A stretch of DNA of 64,000 nt from Chrysomallon squamiferum (GCA_012295275.1 CM022669.1:15624001-15688000); one strand, 5' to 3'. Counted from the stretch's first letter, positions 1-13,792 are shown. Notes: generated by a model from the sequence alone, not told the origin. Numbers and translations: made by a program.

Positions 1-818
1 AAAAGCAGAAAAGTAAAATCCACTAAAGTAAAGTTATAAATTATTTAAATGGCAGGAAATAATTTGAACTGCTTAAAACCAGTATTTGTTAACCCATCAA
101 GGACAACTGTTGACATAACTGATTTGAAGATTATAGTGGAGGTGAAGAAAAAAAAAAAAATGAAGTGATGTATTAAAATTCTGAACTAGTAACATTGACC
201 CTATGTCTTGCTTCCCTTTAAGATTGGATTTAGCTTATATACCAGGTTTAAAACTTTCTGCCAGACATATATATAATTTATTCAAACTGCTGGGGTTCAT
301 CACAAACATGTATTTCTATAAAATAACAGAAAAAAAAAAGTTTTTGTTTACATATTTCAAAAGAAATAATTTAAAAAAAATATATATGTTTTTCATTCAT
401 GTTTTGAAACAAGAGAAAGTTGTATAAAGGTTATATGAAAAGAATAGTTAATTTTTCCCAAATTTTGTTGTTAACATTTTGTAGTGTTTATTTTTAAAAT
501 ATATAAATTCCAAATGAGGAAACTCTAGCACAAATAGTTTTCTCTATATGTATAAGAGTTTCCAAAAATGTTAGGATAGTACCAAAAAAAGATAGGTGAT
601 AAAAAAAAAAAAAAGAAGTTTCATAAACCATATTTCGACTTATTGTGCCTATAGGGGTGATTAATGTTGATGCATCATTATTATGTAATGTGTGTATATG
701 CCCTTTCTTTTTCGAAAACCTGAAACATTTATCTGAAAATGTAAATTTTGTATGTACATTTTCTAAACAGTCATGTCAATTATCTAAAAAAACTATTTTG
801 TCCCTTTAAATTAATTAC

Positions 819-2475
819 CATTGTAAAAGTGGATACGCCAAATGATGTCTTCTGTCAAGTTCTTTCTTCATCTCGGAACTCGGCATCTGCATCATTTCTT
901 GCACTGAAGGAAATGTGTCTAAGATTCTTTGAACTTCACCGTAGTTTTTTTTCTGAAATTTTATTATTTAAAAAAAATAAGAGGAAGAAGAAATACAGTT
1001 TGAAATATGAAAGAAAAAGGTTATAAAGATTCTACTGTCCAACAGTTATCTGTATAATGGGTTGCTGTCTGTACAATACATATTACCTGTATTATGGGTA
1101 AGTCAAGATTGTGAAGATTTTATTTTGCATTATTGGTGATTGCCTGTATTGTACAGTAGTGATCTATATTATTGGTGACAGCCTTTATTGTACAGTAGTG
1201 ATCTGTATTATTGGTGATACAATATTATCAGTATCAGGGTCAACTGTATTGTACAGAAGTTATCTGTATTTTGGGTGACTGCCTGTATTGTACAGAAGTT
1301 AATTGTATTATGGGTGACTGCCTGTATTGTACAGTAGTGATCTGTATTATTGGTGACAGCCTTTATTGTACAGTAGTGATCTGTATTACTGGTGATTGCC
1401 TGTATTGTACAGTAGTGATCTGTATTATTGGTGATTGCCTGTATTGTACAGTAGTGATCTGTATTATTGGTCATTGCCTGTATTGTACAGTAGTGATCTG
1501 TATTATTGGTGATAGCCTTTATTGTACAGTAGTGATCTGTATTATTGGTGACTGGCTGTATTGTACAGTAGTGATCTGTATTATTGGTGACTGCTTGTAT
1601 TGTACAGTAGTGATCTGTATTATTGGTGACTGCCTGTATTGTACACTAGTGATCTGTATCATGGCTGATTGCTTGAACTGTAAATTAGTTATCTGTTTTA
1701 TGGGTGACTGCCTATACTGTACAATAGTTATCTCTATTATGGATGACTGTTTGTACTGTATTGTACATTTGTTATCTGTATTATGGTTAACTGCCTATAT
1801 TGTATAGTAGTTATCTGTATTATGGTTAACTGCCTATATTGTATAGTAGTTATCTGTATTATGGTTAACTGCCTATATTGTATAGTAGTTATCTGTATTA
1901 TGGGCGAGTGCGTGTATTGCACAGTTGTTGGTGATATGGATAACTGCATTATACAGTAGTTATATACTAATATAGATAACTGTTGGTATGTAGGTAACTA
2001 TATTATGCACTAGTTATATGTATGGATAACTCTAATATCAGTAATTGTTGGTGATATGGGTAATTCATCACTAGAGGGAGCTATTGCCTCTATCTGTATT
2101 TGTAAATATTAAAGTAATGAATAAATATGTAATGAGGAATATGTCCATACCATGGGATTCAAGGCTAACACTTTTGAATTGTGAGGGTCAACAACGGATG
2201 GGTATGGGTCAAAGATGGTATGATTTCGACTTGATCTGATAGCAGCCTTAGTCATCTTCAGCAACAGCACTGCCACCTGAAACAAACAAACAAACAAATA
2301 AATAAATAAATGAATAAATAAATTAAATTATTATTATTATTATTTTATTTTTTTTTATTTTTTAATAATAATAATTATTAAAAAGTAATAATAATTCAGT
2401 TGTTGCTGAAGCCTGACAATAAGCAACATTAGAATTACTTCAAAATGACATTAAAAAAAAAAAAAAAAAAAAAAA

Positions 2476-2508
<33 letters not shown>

Positions 2509-2785
2509 TATAATAATAATAATCTTAATTATAATAAGGCTTACCTCAGATCCGGTGGCAATGTAATCAGCAGCATCTACCATGACGCCAAGAGCTTGGA
2601 AAGCAAACACACACAATTCACGAGAACAAACGGAAGGCTGGAATAAACACGAACAAACAGTTTAAATAATCATAAACATCAAGTAATGTGATTACGCAAC
2701 ATAAAGTTAAAAATACTGCTGACTGTTACAGACTGGAATTCCCAGGTTATCTTTTTTCTCAATTTCTTCTCGTTCTTCTTCTTTA

Positions 2786-2823
<38 letters not shown>

Positions 2824-2985
2824 CTTAAGAAAGTGAGAAAACCCAGTTTCATTTAGGTAAACTATGCGACTCAGTCTTAGCATTTCCTCTCACCATTGTT
2901 TACGACTGAACGCTGATTTTCTTTTTCGAAAATAATAAAATTAGAAGCAAAGCCAAAATATTAAGGTGCAAACTTTTGTTTTTAT

Positions 2986-3018
<33 letters not shown>

Positions 3019-3411
3019 GAATGTATATGTAAGTAATAAAATGTTCTGAGTAAACACGTGCTCATTAACGCAAAAGAAAGTAAAATGGGAAATTCCAGGA
3101 AAATTATTTATAGTAAATGACTCACGTCTTATGAAAAAGGATGCTAATTTCCATGAAATTACGTTTTTGTTTTTTCTTCTTCATTTTATTAAATTTATTT
3201 CTTTTCCCTACTTTCAGTTAAAATTTTACTTTCTTTTCAAAAGATTATTAATTAACAATAAAATTTTATTTTATTTAAAACTTTATTTACAAGATTATAA
3301 CGAGGCTATTTTCACTGTGTATTATTGATTTATATTTTCCATTATTAAACTAATATAAAAAAGACTTCGAATACTTTTATTTCTAATTTATCTTCAGACA
3401 GCATAAAACAA

Positions 3412-3493
<82 letters not shown>

Positions 3494-4437
3494 CAAATTT
3501 ATTTATGTAGTTCTTTATGCAATAAATAAATAAGTCAAATAGTTTGCACGTTTTGCTAATTATCGGAATTTGCTGAACAGGACACCGTTATTTCTAAACT
3601 GTACTGAAAATAACTGCCTGCATGCTTTAAGCATGCCATCTTGAGCTGCACGTGTTTGACGATTGTTGTATTACGAGTTCAATTATACGGGGGGGGGGGA
3701 GAGAGGAGCGAGAACTGAGGGAAGGCAGACGCGGTAAAATCTCCTGAAGGAGACAGGTAATAATAACAATAAAATAGAGAAATGTTCAGTTACTACTTCG
3801 TCTCTAGTGAATATCGCATATTCCTGATGCAAAAAAAAAAAAAAAAAAATAATAATAATAATAAATCAATAAATCAATAAATCAATAATAAAAAAAAAAA
3901 AAAAAAAAATAATAATATAATAATAATAACAAAATCATGTACTTCTTATGTTATGTATTGGTAGCAAAATTATTTTATTTTATTTATTGTATTAGCAAAT
4001 TGTTTACCATAATAACATACGGTTGGTTAAATATAATTTAAGTTTTAAATTCATTACAGACAGTTTTACTGAATGTTGACATTCCACGTGCAACATTCAC
4101 TGTTTCACGTGACATCCTCGTTAACACAATTTAAAACAATTGTGTGACGTAATCAATATATAATATAAGTGGCGATTCGGATCAAAAACACCAGTCGAAC
4201 ACAAATCAGCAAATGATCTCTAAGGAGTAACGTACATCTAAAACTGAATGAGTGGTGATGATCTGCGGGTAAGGTTTAAGGTTAGTTTTATAAACCAGTA
4301 CTACACAACTTTTTCTTGTATTCAGTTTATTTAGAAAGATTGTTTTATTGTATTATAAAACAGTACTGTACAACTTTTTCTTGTATTTGATTTTTATTTA
4401 GAAAGATTGTTTTATTGTATTACGCAAACGTAAATGC

Positions 4438-4476
<39 letters not shown>

Positions 4477-5413
4477 ACACAGTGCATGTTTGTGTGTGAA
4501 AAAGAAATATTTATAATGATGAAAAGTAATGTATAACTTTATAATAATACAAAGTAAAAGTGACAGTGTGGGAAACTATATATGTATATAATAATCGTAA
4601 ATCATAAAAAAATAATAATAATAAAAAAACAAACCCAAAAAAAAAACAACTAAAAAAAAAACACCAACTGAATTAATTAATGAATAAATAAACAAATAAA
4701 ATAAATATCTCTGGAATTTCTTTTCCACTGTTTCACACTTTCTAACAATATCCAAACAAGCTGTGAGGTAAAAGACACATATATCGGTATTGCTATATCT
4801 ATTATTATTATTATTATTATTATAAAATGATTAATTTTATTCTTGGCTTATTCCAAAATTTTTATTAAGTAAGTAACTTACCTTTAACATGGCACAGTTC
4901 TGGAACATATGAGGTTCATCACAAACAACACAGTATTCATTTAAAGTTGGGATTCTCTGTCTCGTGTACTGGAAAAACTGAAAATAAACAAAATCAGATC
5001 TGATTACTATCCATTAATGCCATCACTAACATGAAACTGCTGTGGCAATTTATGGTAGAAAGTTTGCATCAGAACTGGTAGGTTTTTTAGATCAATACTC
5101 TTCAGTGTTAAGGTTATCACAGATTTGGCTCTAGATCATGGCTGTTTCGAAAACATTTTCACTCTCCAAGAACTTTTCTAGACTGTGTACGTTCCCTTAG
5201 TGTATTAGTTTGTCAAAAACTAAATTCATGTGCAAAACTGTTTTACTTTAATTAGATTTTTCTCGTGTTAACCATAATTATTATTAGATATTATGAAATT
5301 ATTAAAATAATTTTTTTGAAATTCAGCCTTCAGCTTATATATAATAAAGATGGGGTATGATACTCTTGAAAACAACAACAACAACAAACGTATGAAACAA
5401 AGAAAGAAAGAAA

Positions 5414-5458
<45 letters not shown>

Positions 5459-7287
5459 TAATAATAAAACTAATAAAACTAATAAATAAATAAATAAATA
5501 AAATTGTTGTAAACAGGCAGATTTCCAATTCAGTTTACCTGCACAAGGAATCCATTTTCTAAACTTGGTGCAACCTTTGCATTTTTCCCCTGTAATGCTG
5601 TGGACATCAGGCTAAGAGTGTCCATTTGGTGAACCTCGGTGTGGTAGGGTGTGGTCATTGATTTGTTTCGTCCATACCCAGGCTTATTTTGTCTGTGTTT
5701 GTGTTTAGGGGTACGTTCTGATAGTTGTCTTGCAACAGGTTGTGCTGTTTTTATGTCTGGGATCTGTGTTTCCATATTAAGATCGAAACAACTGTGAAAA
5801 CATATAATAAAACATAGCAATCTGCATAAAATGATGACATATTTTATTTCAAGTTCATTGTATTTTGTGTTAAAGGTATAGTAACATACAGGAATCAAGG
5901 TAATGTAATTTTTTATTTTTTTTGGTCATATAAGAAGAATATGATTAGTTAATCTGAACAATTCAGGTATATAAATAAAATAATAATAAGTAGTTGTAGT
6001 AATAATAATACCTGCAGTAGGAGCACTATTTGTAAAAATAATATAATCAATAAAAATTTCATAAAAACAAAACAGCAATCAAAAAATAATTAAAATAATT
6101 ATAATAAAATAAAATAATAATACAAAAAATGAAATATATATATATATAAAATACAGCTTGGAAATAAGATTTTTAGACTATTTCCTTTTAATCTTCACAG
6201 GTTCTCTTTAACTTAGATTAAGGCCTCTTGTTTCTAACCTCTATAGGCTCACTATACAAAGAACATACATCACAAAACATTAAATAAAAGATATGTCTCA
6301 TATAATAAATAAAATGCTAATCCAATACCTCTCAGGATTTGTTAAGACGAGGTTAACTGCCTCCTCCATGTTGCCTTTTGTAATAATCAGAGCATTGCGA
6401 CTGATCTCTGAAGAGAATCCCATATCCATAAGCAGTACAAGTTTCTCATCATCCACAACAGGAGTAATGCGGTCTTTATCATCTCCTCTGTAATAACAAT
6501 AATGATGATGGTAAACAATAATTATAAGAAATATGGTCATGATGATGATGATGATAGTATTAGACAGATAACAATAATAATAATTTGTAATAATAATAAT
6601 AAATAGTACTATAATGGTAGCAGTAGTAGTAGTAGTAGTAGTACTAACAATAATTAGTACTGATAATGAAATTTAAAATAAACCTGTAGTAATAATAACA
6701 GTCACAACAATTATAGTAATAACAAAAGAAATTAATAATAAAAATGAAAAAAAAGTGAAATTAATGAAATAATCAGTTGGTGATGCAGTGAATAATAAAA
6801 AATGTATAATTAACTGTATGTATAATAAACTTTACTGTATCATCAACAGTGATGAAATAATTGTTTCCATGAGCATCTGGCATTGGCCATTATATAAACT
6901 TAAATATCGCATCAAGAATAATTTGAGAATTGATCTGATTCAGTATTAGTGCTACATTTTCACAGAACAGCCCTTAATGTGAAGATGGTTTGCTAAAATG
7001 TCAATATTCTCACGATAAAAAAATAAAAAAAATAATAATAATAAAATACATTAAATTGTCCTACCTTTCTTTTTCACAGTACCTTGTTGGAGTTTTGAGA
7101 AATGGTGTCAGATCAGCAGGAACACTGAAGACCTTTGAAGCAGCCTCCTGTTTTTTGTTACTCAGGTTTTTCCAGTTGTCCCGCAAGAATGTCTCCAAGA
7201 TCCTAAAACAAAAGTATGTATATAACATCACTTCAGCATAATTTAGAAAAAAATGTGTGTGTGTATATATTTTCCCTTCATTCCTAC

Positions 7288-7366
<79 letters not shown>

Positions 7367-10300
7367 AAATCTTTTAAAAGGTATTTATGTGACCATTTTT
7401 TTCAGCTTTATATAAAACCCGTATTAACTACAAATAAAAATCTGGCAAACTTCACTTTTTAAACTGCTGGAGTAACAAATATGTTACAAAAACTTACTTT
7501 TCAATCTGAGTCCCGATACCAAATTTTTCTTTCTCTGAAGGCTGCAACACCTTAATGGCAGGAGGATCTACAGAACACAGAAAAACAAAACATGCAGTCA
7601 CTTAATGGTGTTTATGTAAAACATCTGCTAATCTTTATTTTTGGGTATGCTGTTTTGCACTGAAAAAGTAAACATAAGTAAAACTCACAAAACTAACTAA
7701 AGGATGTACAAATGAATACACTGATGTGCCTATCTAAAGAATGATTTTAATGTTAATAGTGACTGCTGACACATAATTAAATTGAAATGCTTTGAAGAAA
7801 AAAAAAAGGAAAATAATAAATAAAACTGAAGCTTGGTACACATGAAAGTAAAGGATGCATGAATCAATATAATGGTGTCTCTCTTTTCAACAGATTTAAA
7901 TACTATTAATTATTACAGACAGTTAATTAATTACAATCAGAAAGAGGTTTGTAGAGATCACAGACCCTGTAATACAATCAGAAGGTTGCTATACAATCAC
8001 CACACATCTCTTTATGACATCTGCTACCATTGGTTACTAGGTGTTAAACATACATCTCTTCTCACTGAACTGTGAATTAAATATTTATATGTGCACTACA
8101 GATTTTATATGTGGCATTCAAAAATGTCATAACTGTCTTTTTATTTTTTTATTTTTTTAAATTTTAATTGGGGTGAATAGACTGACAGATGAAAAAAAAA
8201 AAAAAAAAAAATAAAAAAATAAAAAATAAAAAAAATAAAAAAATTAACTAAAATAATGAGTTTGTTTGATACAAAATTAGTTCCCACCTAAATGAAGTGA
8301 CAGATATATTTGAAGGATATAGGAAGAATGTACCTTTCTGATCTAAGTAATTTTTAGAAGACAGGTGAAGTCGAACTAGCAGAGGTTTTTCCAGATCAAG
8401 GTCCCATGCTTGAGCAACTTCATGCTACAAACAGAACAGTGAAAGAATATTATTTGACACATTGTAATGATCATGCTGATTAGGTATCCTGTATTATTTA
8501 TATGTTGCTGAGGCGAGACAAATACTATGTGCTGTTTATCATGGGTTTCGGTAATTAGGTTAGAAGAAAGTAATATTTCACTGCCATCAGTAAGATTTGT
8601 ACTCTGGTTATTCTTGAAAATATAAAACACAATTTCATTTTGAAACAAATTCACCTAGACTACATCTCTGATAAAATTTGTTAATCTTATTTTGCACACT
8701 TTTGAGGGAGTGATTTTTATTTTTGTTTCCTTTCAGCAAGATATGTCCTCTGGTCTATCCTGAAGACCTAAAGAAACAATTTCATTTTGAAAGCTAGACT
8801 ACATTTCTGATGGAACATGCTAAATTGATGCTGAACACTTTTGAGATGGTAGTTTTTGCTTTTGTTTGTGCCAGTCCATTTGTAACAAATAAATAAACAA
8901 AACATTTGCAAAACAAAATCAAATAGAAGTTTCTCATACACTCTTTTCCATAATATACAGTTTCAGATACTCTGAGAAATAAACATACAGCAGAAAGATT
9001 AAAAACATGGCTACTGAAAATACACGGTTTGTGCATTACTACACCAAACACTTACAGACAGAAATGTCAATGATATCTTGAGTTCCACATCTATTTCACC
9101 AATTGACTCAAAAAATCTGTCAAAACAAAAAACAGAATAAACAATCCAGTGAAAAAACACACTTTGTATTATTGTTATACTAGTTGTAATACTTTGACTG
9201 TATTATCAAATTTAAAAAAAAAACCACATAGGCATATATTAATCATTTAATGATTTTTTTCCCTTCTCTTTTCTAATAGTTTTATCTATATTAGTATCTC
9301 TCTCTCTGGCTCTGTCTCTCAAACACAAAAAAAAAAAAAAAAAAAAAAAAAAACCCAGAAAAAACTCATATATGCACATACAGACATATGCCTAATACTA
9401 GGACACTATTTACAAGAAAACAATAGCAATTCCAGTGAAAAACACACACTTTGTATTATTGTTATCATGCTTACTCTAATATCAAATAATAAAAATAATA
9501 CATAAATTAATGTTTTTTAACCTTCCTTTTTCTAATAGTTTTATCTCTCTCACATACATAGATGATCAAAAAACAAAAACAAAAAGGAAACTCATATATG
9601 CAGATACAGACATATGCCTAATATTAGGACTTATTAATTACAACATATACATTAATACCAGTTACCTGTAAGAAACAAAGGCAATTACCTGCAAGATACT
9701 GCATTGTCTCCACATATCAGTTTTACGTTTTCCAAATCCTCTGTTAGTTGTGGATTAATCATTTGTTTTTCATCATCCTCATCATCCTTTGAAAGAAAAA
9801 CAAATGAATATTAAAAATGAATGAGAGAGAAAAATCCTGCTACAGTCAATGCAAAGACTTTTCAACCTTGAAAAGCTCATGTGAACCGGCCTGCTCATTG
9901 AGTTCTGGCAAGAATGGGAAAATACACAGATACATAGATACAGACAGACAGACATACAAATAGGTAAGTACCTGGATACATACATACACACACAAACACA
10001 CACAGTCTCCAACTCAGAACTACACCACACATACACATGTAAACAAAATGACTGGAAACTATCAGCCAAAATATTGACCTCAAGTTCATCATCAAATTCA
10101 TCTTGAATAATACAGTACTCTTCTTCATCATCTGAGACGCAATCTTTATAATCAGAATTCCCAGATTCTGAACTAGTCTGTCGATCACAAGCTGTGTTGC
10201 TTCCCTCATTGTCGGTATTGTCTTGTTTATTTAAAAATTCTGTAAGAAAATAAAGATGTCTTGATGTATACATGTATTGTATCTCTACATTTATTCTCAA

Positions 10301-12468
10301 CCAAATTATTTCACACATATTTGTGCATGTGTGTATCTACATTTTTAAATAACAAATGTATTTTTATTATTAGAAGTATTACTATTAGTAGTAATAGTAG
10401 TAGTAGTAATAATAATAATAATTACAGCAACAGGGAAAAAATAAAAAATAAATATAAAATAAATAAATATCAGTTTTAGATTTTACAGAGTTGGTAAAAC
10501 AAATATTCACATTATAATGTAGAATATTAAAACAAAAAGAATGCAACTAAACTGATAACATTATTAACAAATCTTTCTCCTGAAACTGAACAAAAGATTT
10601 ACTAATTAGTAAATCGTAAAATATGTTTACAACTATTAATCAGTATATACACACACACACATAACCCACACACACACGCAATACACACATACACACACAC
10701 ATACACACATACATGCAACACATAATGATTGCATTGGACATGAATTACCATCTCGCAATTTAAGTAGCAAGTTTGGTACTGGCTCATGGACAGGGTTTAT
10801 TTTATCTTTGTCGGTGCTGGCTGTGAGTATGCTGTTTCCTGAAATATAAATAAAATAAAATATGCTAAATGTCACTATGAACATATCATAATCATTATTA
10901 TTATTATTATTATTATTTTAAATATATTTATTTAAACATTTGTAAAGATGTTGTTAAGTGAAAAACGTAATTGATATTTATTATTCTAGTTTCAGGAGGT
11001 TTTTTGAAACTTATCTAAAGCTACATGATAAATGTGATCTTGACCATAACATTATTATTATTATTGTTATTGTTATTGTTTCTTTAAATATATTTATTTA
11101 AACACATGTAAAGATGTGGTTAAAGCAAAACATATTTTCTAAACAACTAAATACCGATATTTATTATTCTAGTTTTAGGAGGTGTTATCAAGTTATGAAG
11201 CTAGCTCTCTGCACATCACCATTTAGTTATTAATAAGGATTGTTCGTTACAAGAAAGCAAACAATAATTTGGAAATAAATAAAATGTATTTACATATAGC
11301 ACATCACAGGCTATCATGCTTTATTACTGGTAAAAAATCAATAACAACAAATCAATAAAAGTACCAGTATACTCAATCTAACTAATTCCTGCAACAAATA
11401 AATAACTCAATATATTTAGTCAGAGACTGATAATAATTTTGAAATGTACAAAAATCACATTTTGATAATTTTGTTACTGTAGCTTTCATTCCAAGTGAAT
11501 CTAGGTTTTAAAATTGTTCAGCAGTGTTTTTAACAACTTACTTGGATAATCATCTTCTGAGACAATCAATGAAAAGGTTGTTGTTTTCCTGTGATCATGC
11601 AGGAAGGTAAAGGTAAGTGTGTTTCCTTGAAGTATAAATTCTATGACAAATGAGAAAGAAAAATGTTTTGGATACCGATACTTTCAGTTACAGATTTACA
11701 AACACTCACACTTAAATATTTCAAATCTGCTAATGTTTATTTACCTTAGAAGGTAACTGTAATTACCAGGTTTGATTTAGTGGTTAGCATCTATGAAAAT
11801 CCAAACATATTTACTAATAATTATTACTACAACTACTACTTTTATTATTATATGCACACTCATACATGTCCATATATATTTTTTAACTCCCTCTCTTTAT
11901 TTTGTTATATTGGTAATACTGAAATTGAATGTATATAATATAATTATTTGGCTTAATGTTACTCAGTTACTGTCTTAGATACAGAGGTAAATTGAAATTA
12001 CAAAAATGAAAATACAAAAATGAAACAAGATTATACAGCTTAAAAATCCTCCCTACCTATTATATTATGATTTTAACATGAATAATCTTAATAATTCTGT
12101 GAATTATAAGACATTATTTATTACCAATTAACAACTGGGATCAAATTGATTCATCATTGTTTGATATTAAAATTAAACATTTCAAAATTCAAAAGCGAAG
12201 AAACTTAAGAAATGTACGTAGTAAATCAGACTAGTTTTGGTGCTGAGGAATGTAGATCACATTACCTCGGGAATTACTGTCGGAATGTAGAAACCTACTA
12301 TTAGTATTAGTAGTACTATTTGTATTAGTAGTACTATTACTGTATAATGTCACAATCATGTGACAATGTGGATTACCAACACTCACCTGTAAACGGCCAA
12401 TGATACTGATTACACAGTGATATTGTCTCTCTGATATCCTTGTGAAAGTGATCAATTCTAGCAGACAT
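819..12468 (-). CDS. PARP6: PARP6/PARP8-like mono-ADP-ribosyltransferase, 5' part (15 coding exons, ~583 codons; the catalytic exons lie beyond the left edge)
   Basis: GT-AG exons with consistent phases: 12468-12387 (MSARIDHFHK), 11640-11542, 10838-10749, 10239-10079, 9786-9689, 9116-9056, 8424-8334, 7567-7498, 7202-7065, 6487-6329 (UBA), 5791-5539, 4977-4882, 2637-2545, 2276-2151, 952-819. The translation has motifs recognisable from PARP6/8: NPQLTEDL, AWDLDLEKPLLVRLHLS, EKFGIGTQ, QRIPTLNEYCVVCDEPH...LKPSVCSRELCVFAF, IFDPYPSVVDP, KKNY...LAYPLLQW. PARP6 versus PARP8 orthology cannot be resolved here. Confidence 0.92.
1045..1960. repeat. 39-bp intronic minisatellite (~20 copies, degenerating at both ends)
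   Basis: Unit approx. CTGTATTGTACAGTAGTGATCTGTATTATTGGTGAYTGC, visible as the 13-aa periodicity (GDCLYCTVVICII) of ORF 1211..1807. It lies in the PARP intron 953-2150. Confidence 0.9.
9140..9640. repeat. local intronic tandem duplication (~280-bp period)
   Basis: CCAGTGAAAAA...ACACTTTGTATTATTGTTAT...TTTTCTAATAGTTTTATCT...ACTCATATATGCA...CAGACATATGCCTAATA occurs twice (about 9146-9410 and 9432-9632). Confidence 0.75.
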
Positions 12469-12569
12469 ATCGAAATGATATTTAGATCACAAAATAAAAC
12501 TTTATATGATTATTAAATCGCGTACTTTCGGTTTGTATTTTCGAGAAGCTGCTGTCATTGTGCAATTCC

Positions 12570-12640
12570 TGTAACTTCCTGTTTTTGTGTGTTTAAGATA
12601 CGCATGCGTCGAACAGTTACCTTCGAGATCCGGAAGAAAC
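12570..12640 (-). promoter_or_regulatory. probable housekeeping-type promoter of the PARP gene (NRF1-like palindrome plus ETS sites)
   Basis: ACGCATGCGT at 12600-12609, ACTTCCTG at 12574-12581 and CCGGAAG at 12630-12636, 100-170 bp upstream of the ATG at 12468. The region is locally CpG-richer. Confidence 0.45.
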
Positions 12641-12869
12641 AAACAGTTACCACCCACCCCACCATGGGGAAGCTTTTCCGAAGTGTTTCGTGTATTTTCG
12701 TAAAGAAAGTCTCTACGTATTCATAGTAACAGTTATTTAATGAACAGATAAATATAATAAAATAAAATATTACCGCGAAAATAGGAATAAATAAAGTAGA
12801 ATTATTATCGTGTGCTGACGTTGTTACTTAATTTTAACTAAATCAAAAAAAAAAAAAAAAAAAAAAAAA

Positions 12870-12905
<36 letters not shown>

Positions 12906-13134
12906 TAAAAATAATAAATAATAAAAAATAACTAAAATAAAAAAATAAAAAATATAAAAAAATAAAAAATTAAAATTAAAAAATTAAAAAAATATAAAAA
13001 TGGATTTATTATTATTATTACGTTTTAGTCACACGAAAGAAAAAAGAAAAAAATAGAAACAAAAAATTGCTGCATAAAAAGGCGTAGAATTATTTTTGTA
13101 ATTGACGGCAGGAGCCCAATTTACTGAAACTGGC

Positions 13135-13427
13135 GGGATTTTCGCATAAGTATTATTTTGACTGCCCAATAAACTATTAAAATATTAATCGCGAGCTGTC
13201 CTCTTTAATGCGACCCCTGCCATTTTTTATCGCAGACGAGCCTCCATATGGGATTTCGCTACTTTGAAAGTAATGGACTATTTTAATCAAATGATTTTAC
13301 GAGAACGCTTAATTATGTTGCGACCCAGTTTATGGTGTGGAAATTTCCGGCTACACTTTTAAGTATAAATGTAAATGTTGCGTTGGAAATTTATTTTGTA
13401 ACACTGCCGTCTATTTAGTCAACTCAG
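13135..13427 (+). promoter_or_regulatory. TATA promoter with NF-kB/Rel-type sites, and non-coding first exon of the Cys-rich peptide gene
   Basis: Palindromic GGAAATTTCC at 13339-13348, kB-like GGGATTTTCG at 13135-13144 and GGGATTTCGC at 13250-13259, TATAAAT at 13364-13370. A donor CAG|GTAGGT at 13427/13428 fits the acceptor TTTCTTTTCAG ending at 13956. Confidence 0.55.
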
Positions 13428-13744
13428 GTAGGTGATAGTTTGTTGCATGGCCTTTCAGGAAAATATGATTTTTATATTCTATTGAATTTTATAACTGGTA
13501 TAAGGTTTAAAATTTTGGTTTTAATTATATGTTTGATTGATAATTTCTGATGCATTTTCATATGATTTAGAAAATTTCTGAAAGGTCGATTAAGATGAAT
13601 CAGATTTATTTCAAGTAATCCTAATCGATCTAATGAATAAGATGTTTTCTTTTGTTTGTCAAAAGTATTAATTCATTTATAAAATAAAAAATATTTAGTA
13701 AAGTTTACTTTTTAAATGTAATATTGATATAGGGATATTCCATC

Positions 13745-13792
<48 letters not shown>

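Noticed and set aside
1208-1949. Cys-rich repetitive ORFs (198 aa, 88 aa, 70 aa), and a superficially CRISPR-like periodic array
   Set aside because: These are translations of a 39-bp tandem minisatellite. There are no unique spacers and no cas genes, and the context is a eukaryotic intron.
8620-11200. Small local intronic duplications (8625/8775, 10910/11085; also 4290-4420 and 56480-56760)
   Set aside because: Ordinary short tandem duplications with no coding or structural signal.
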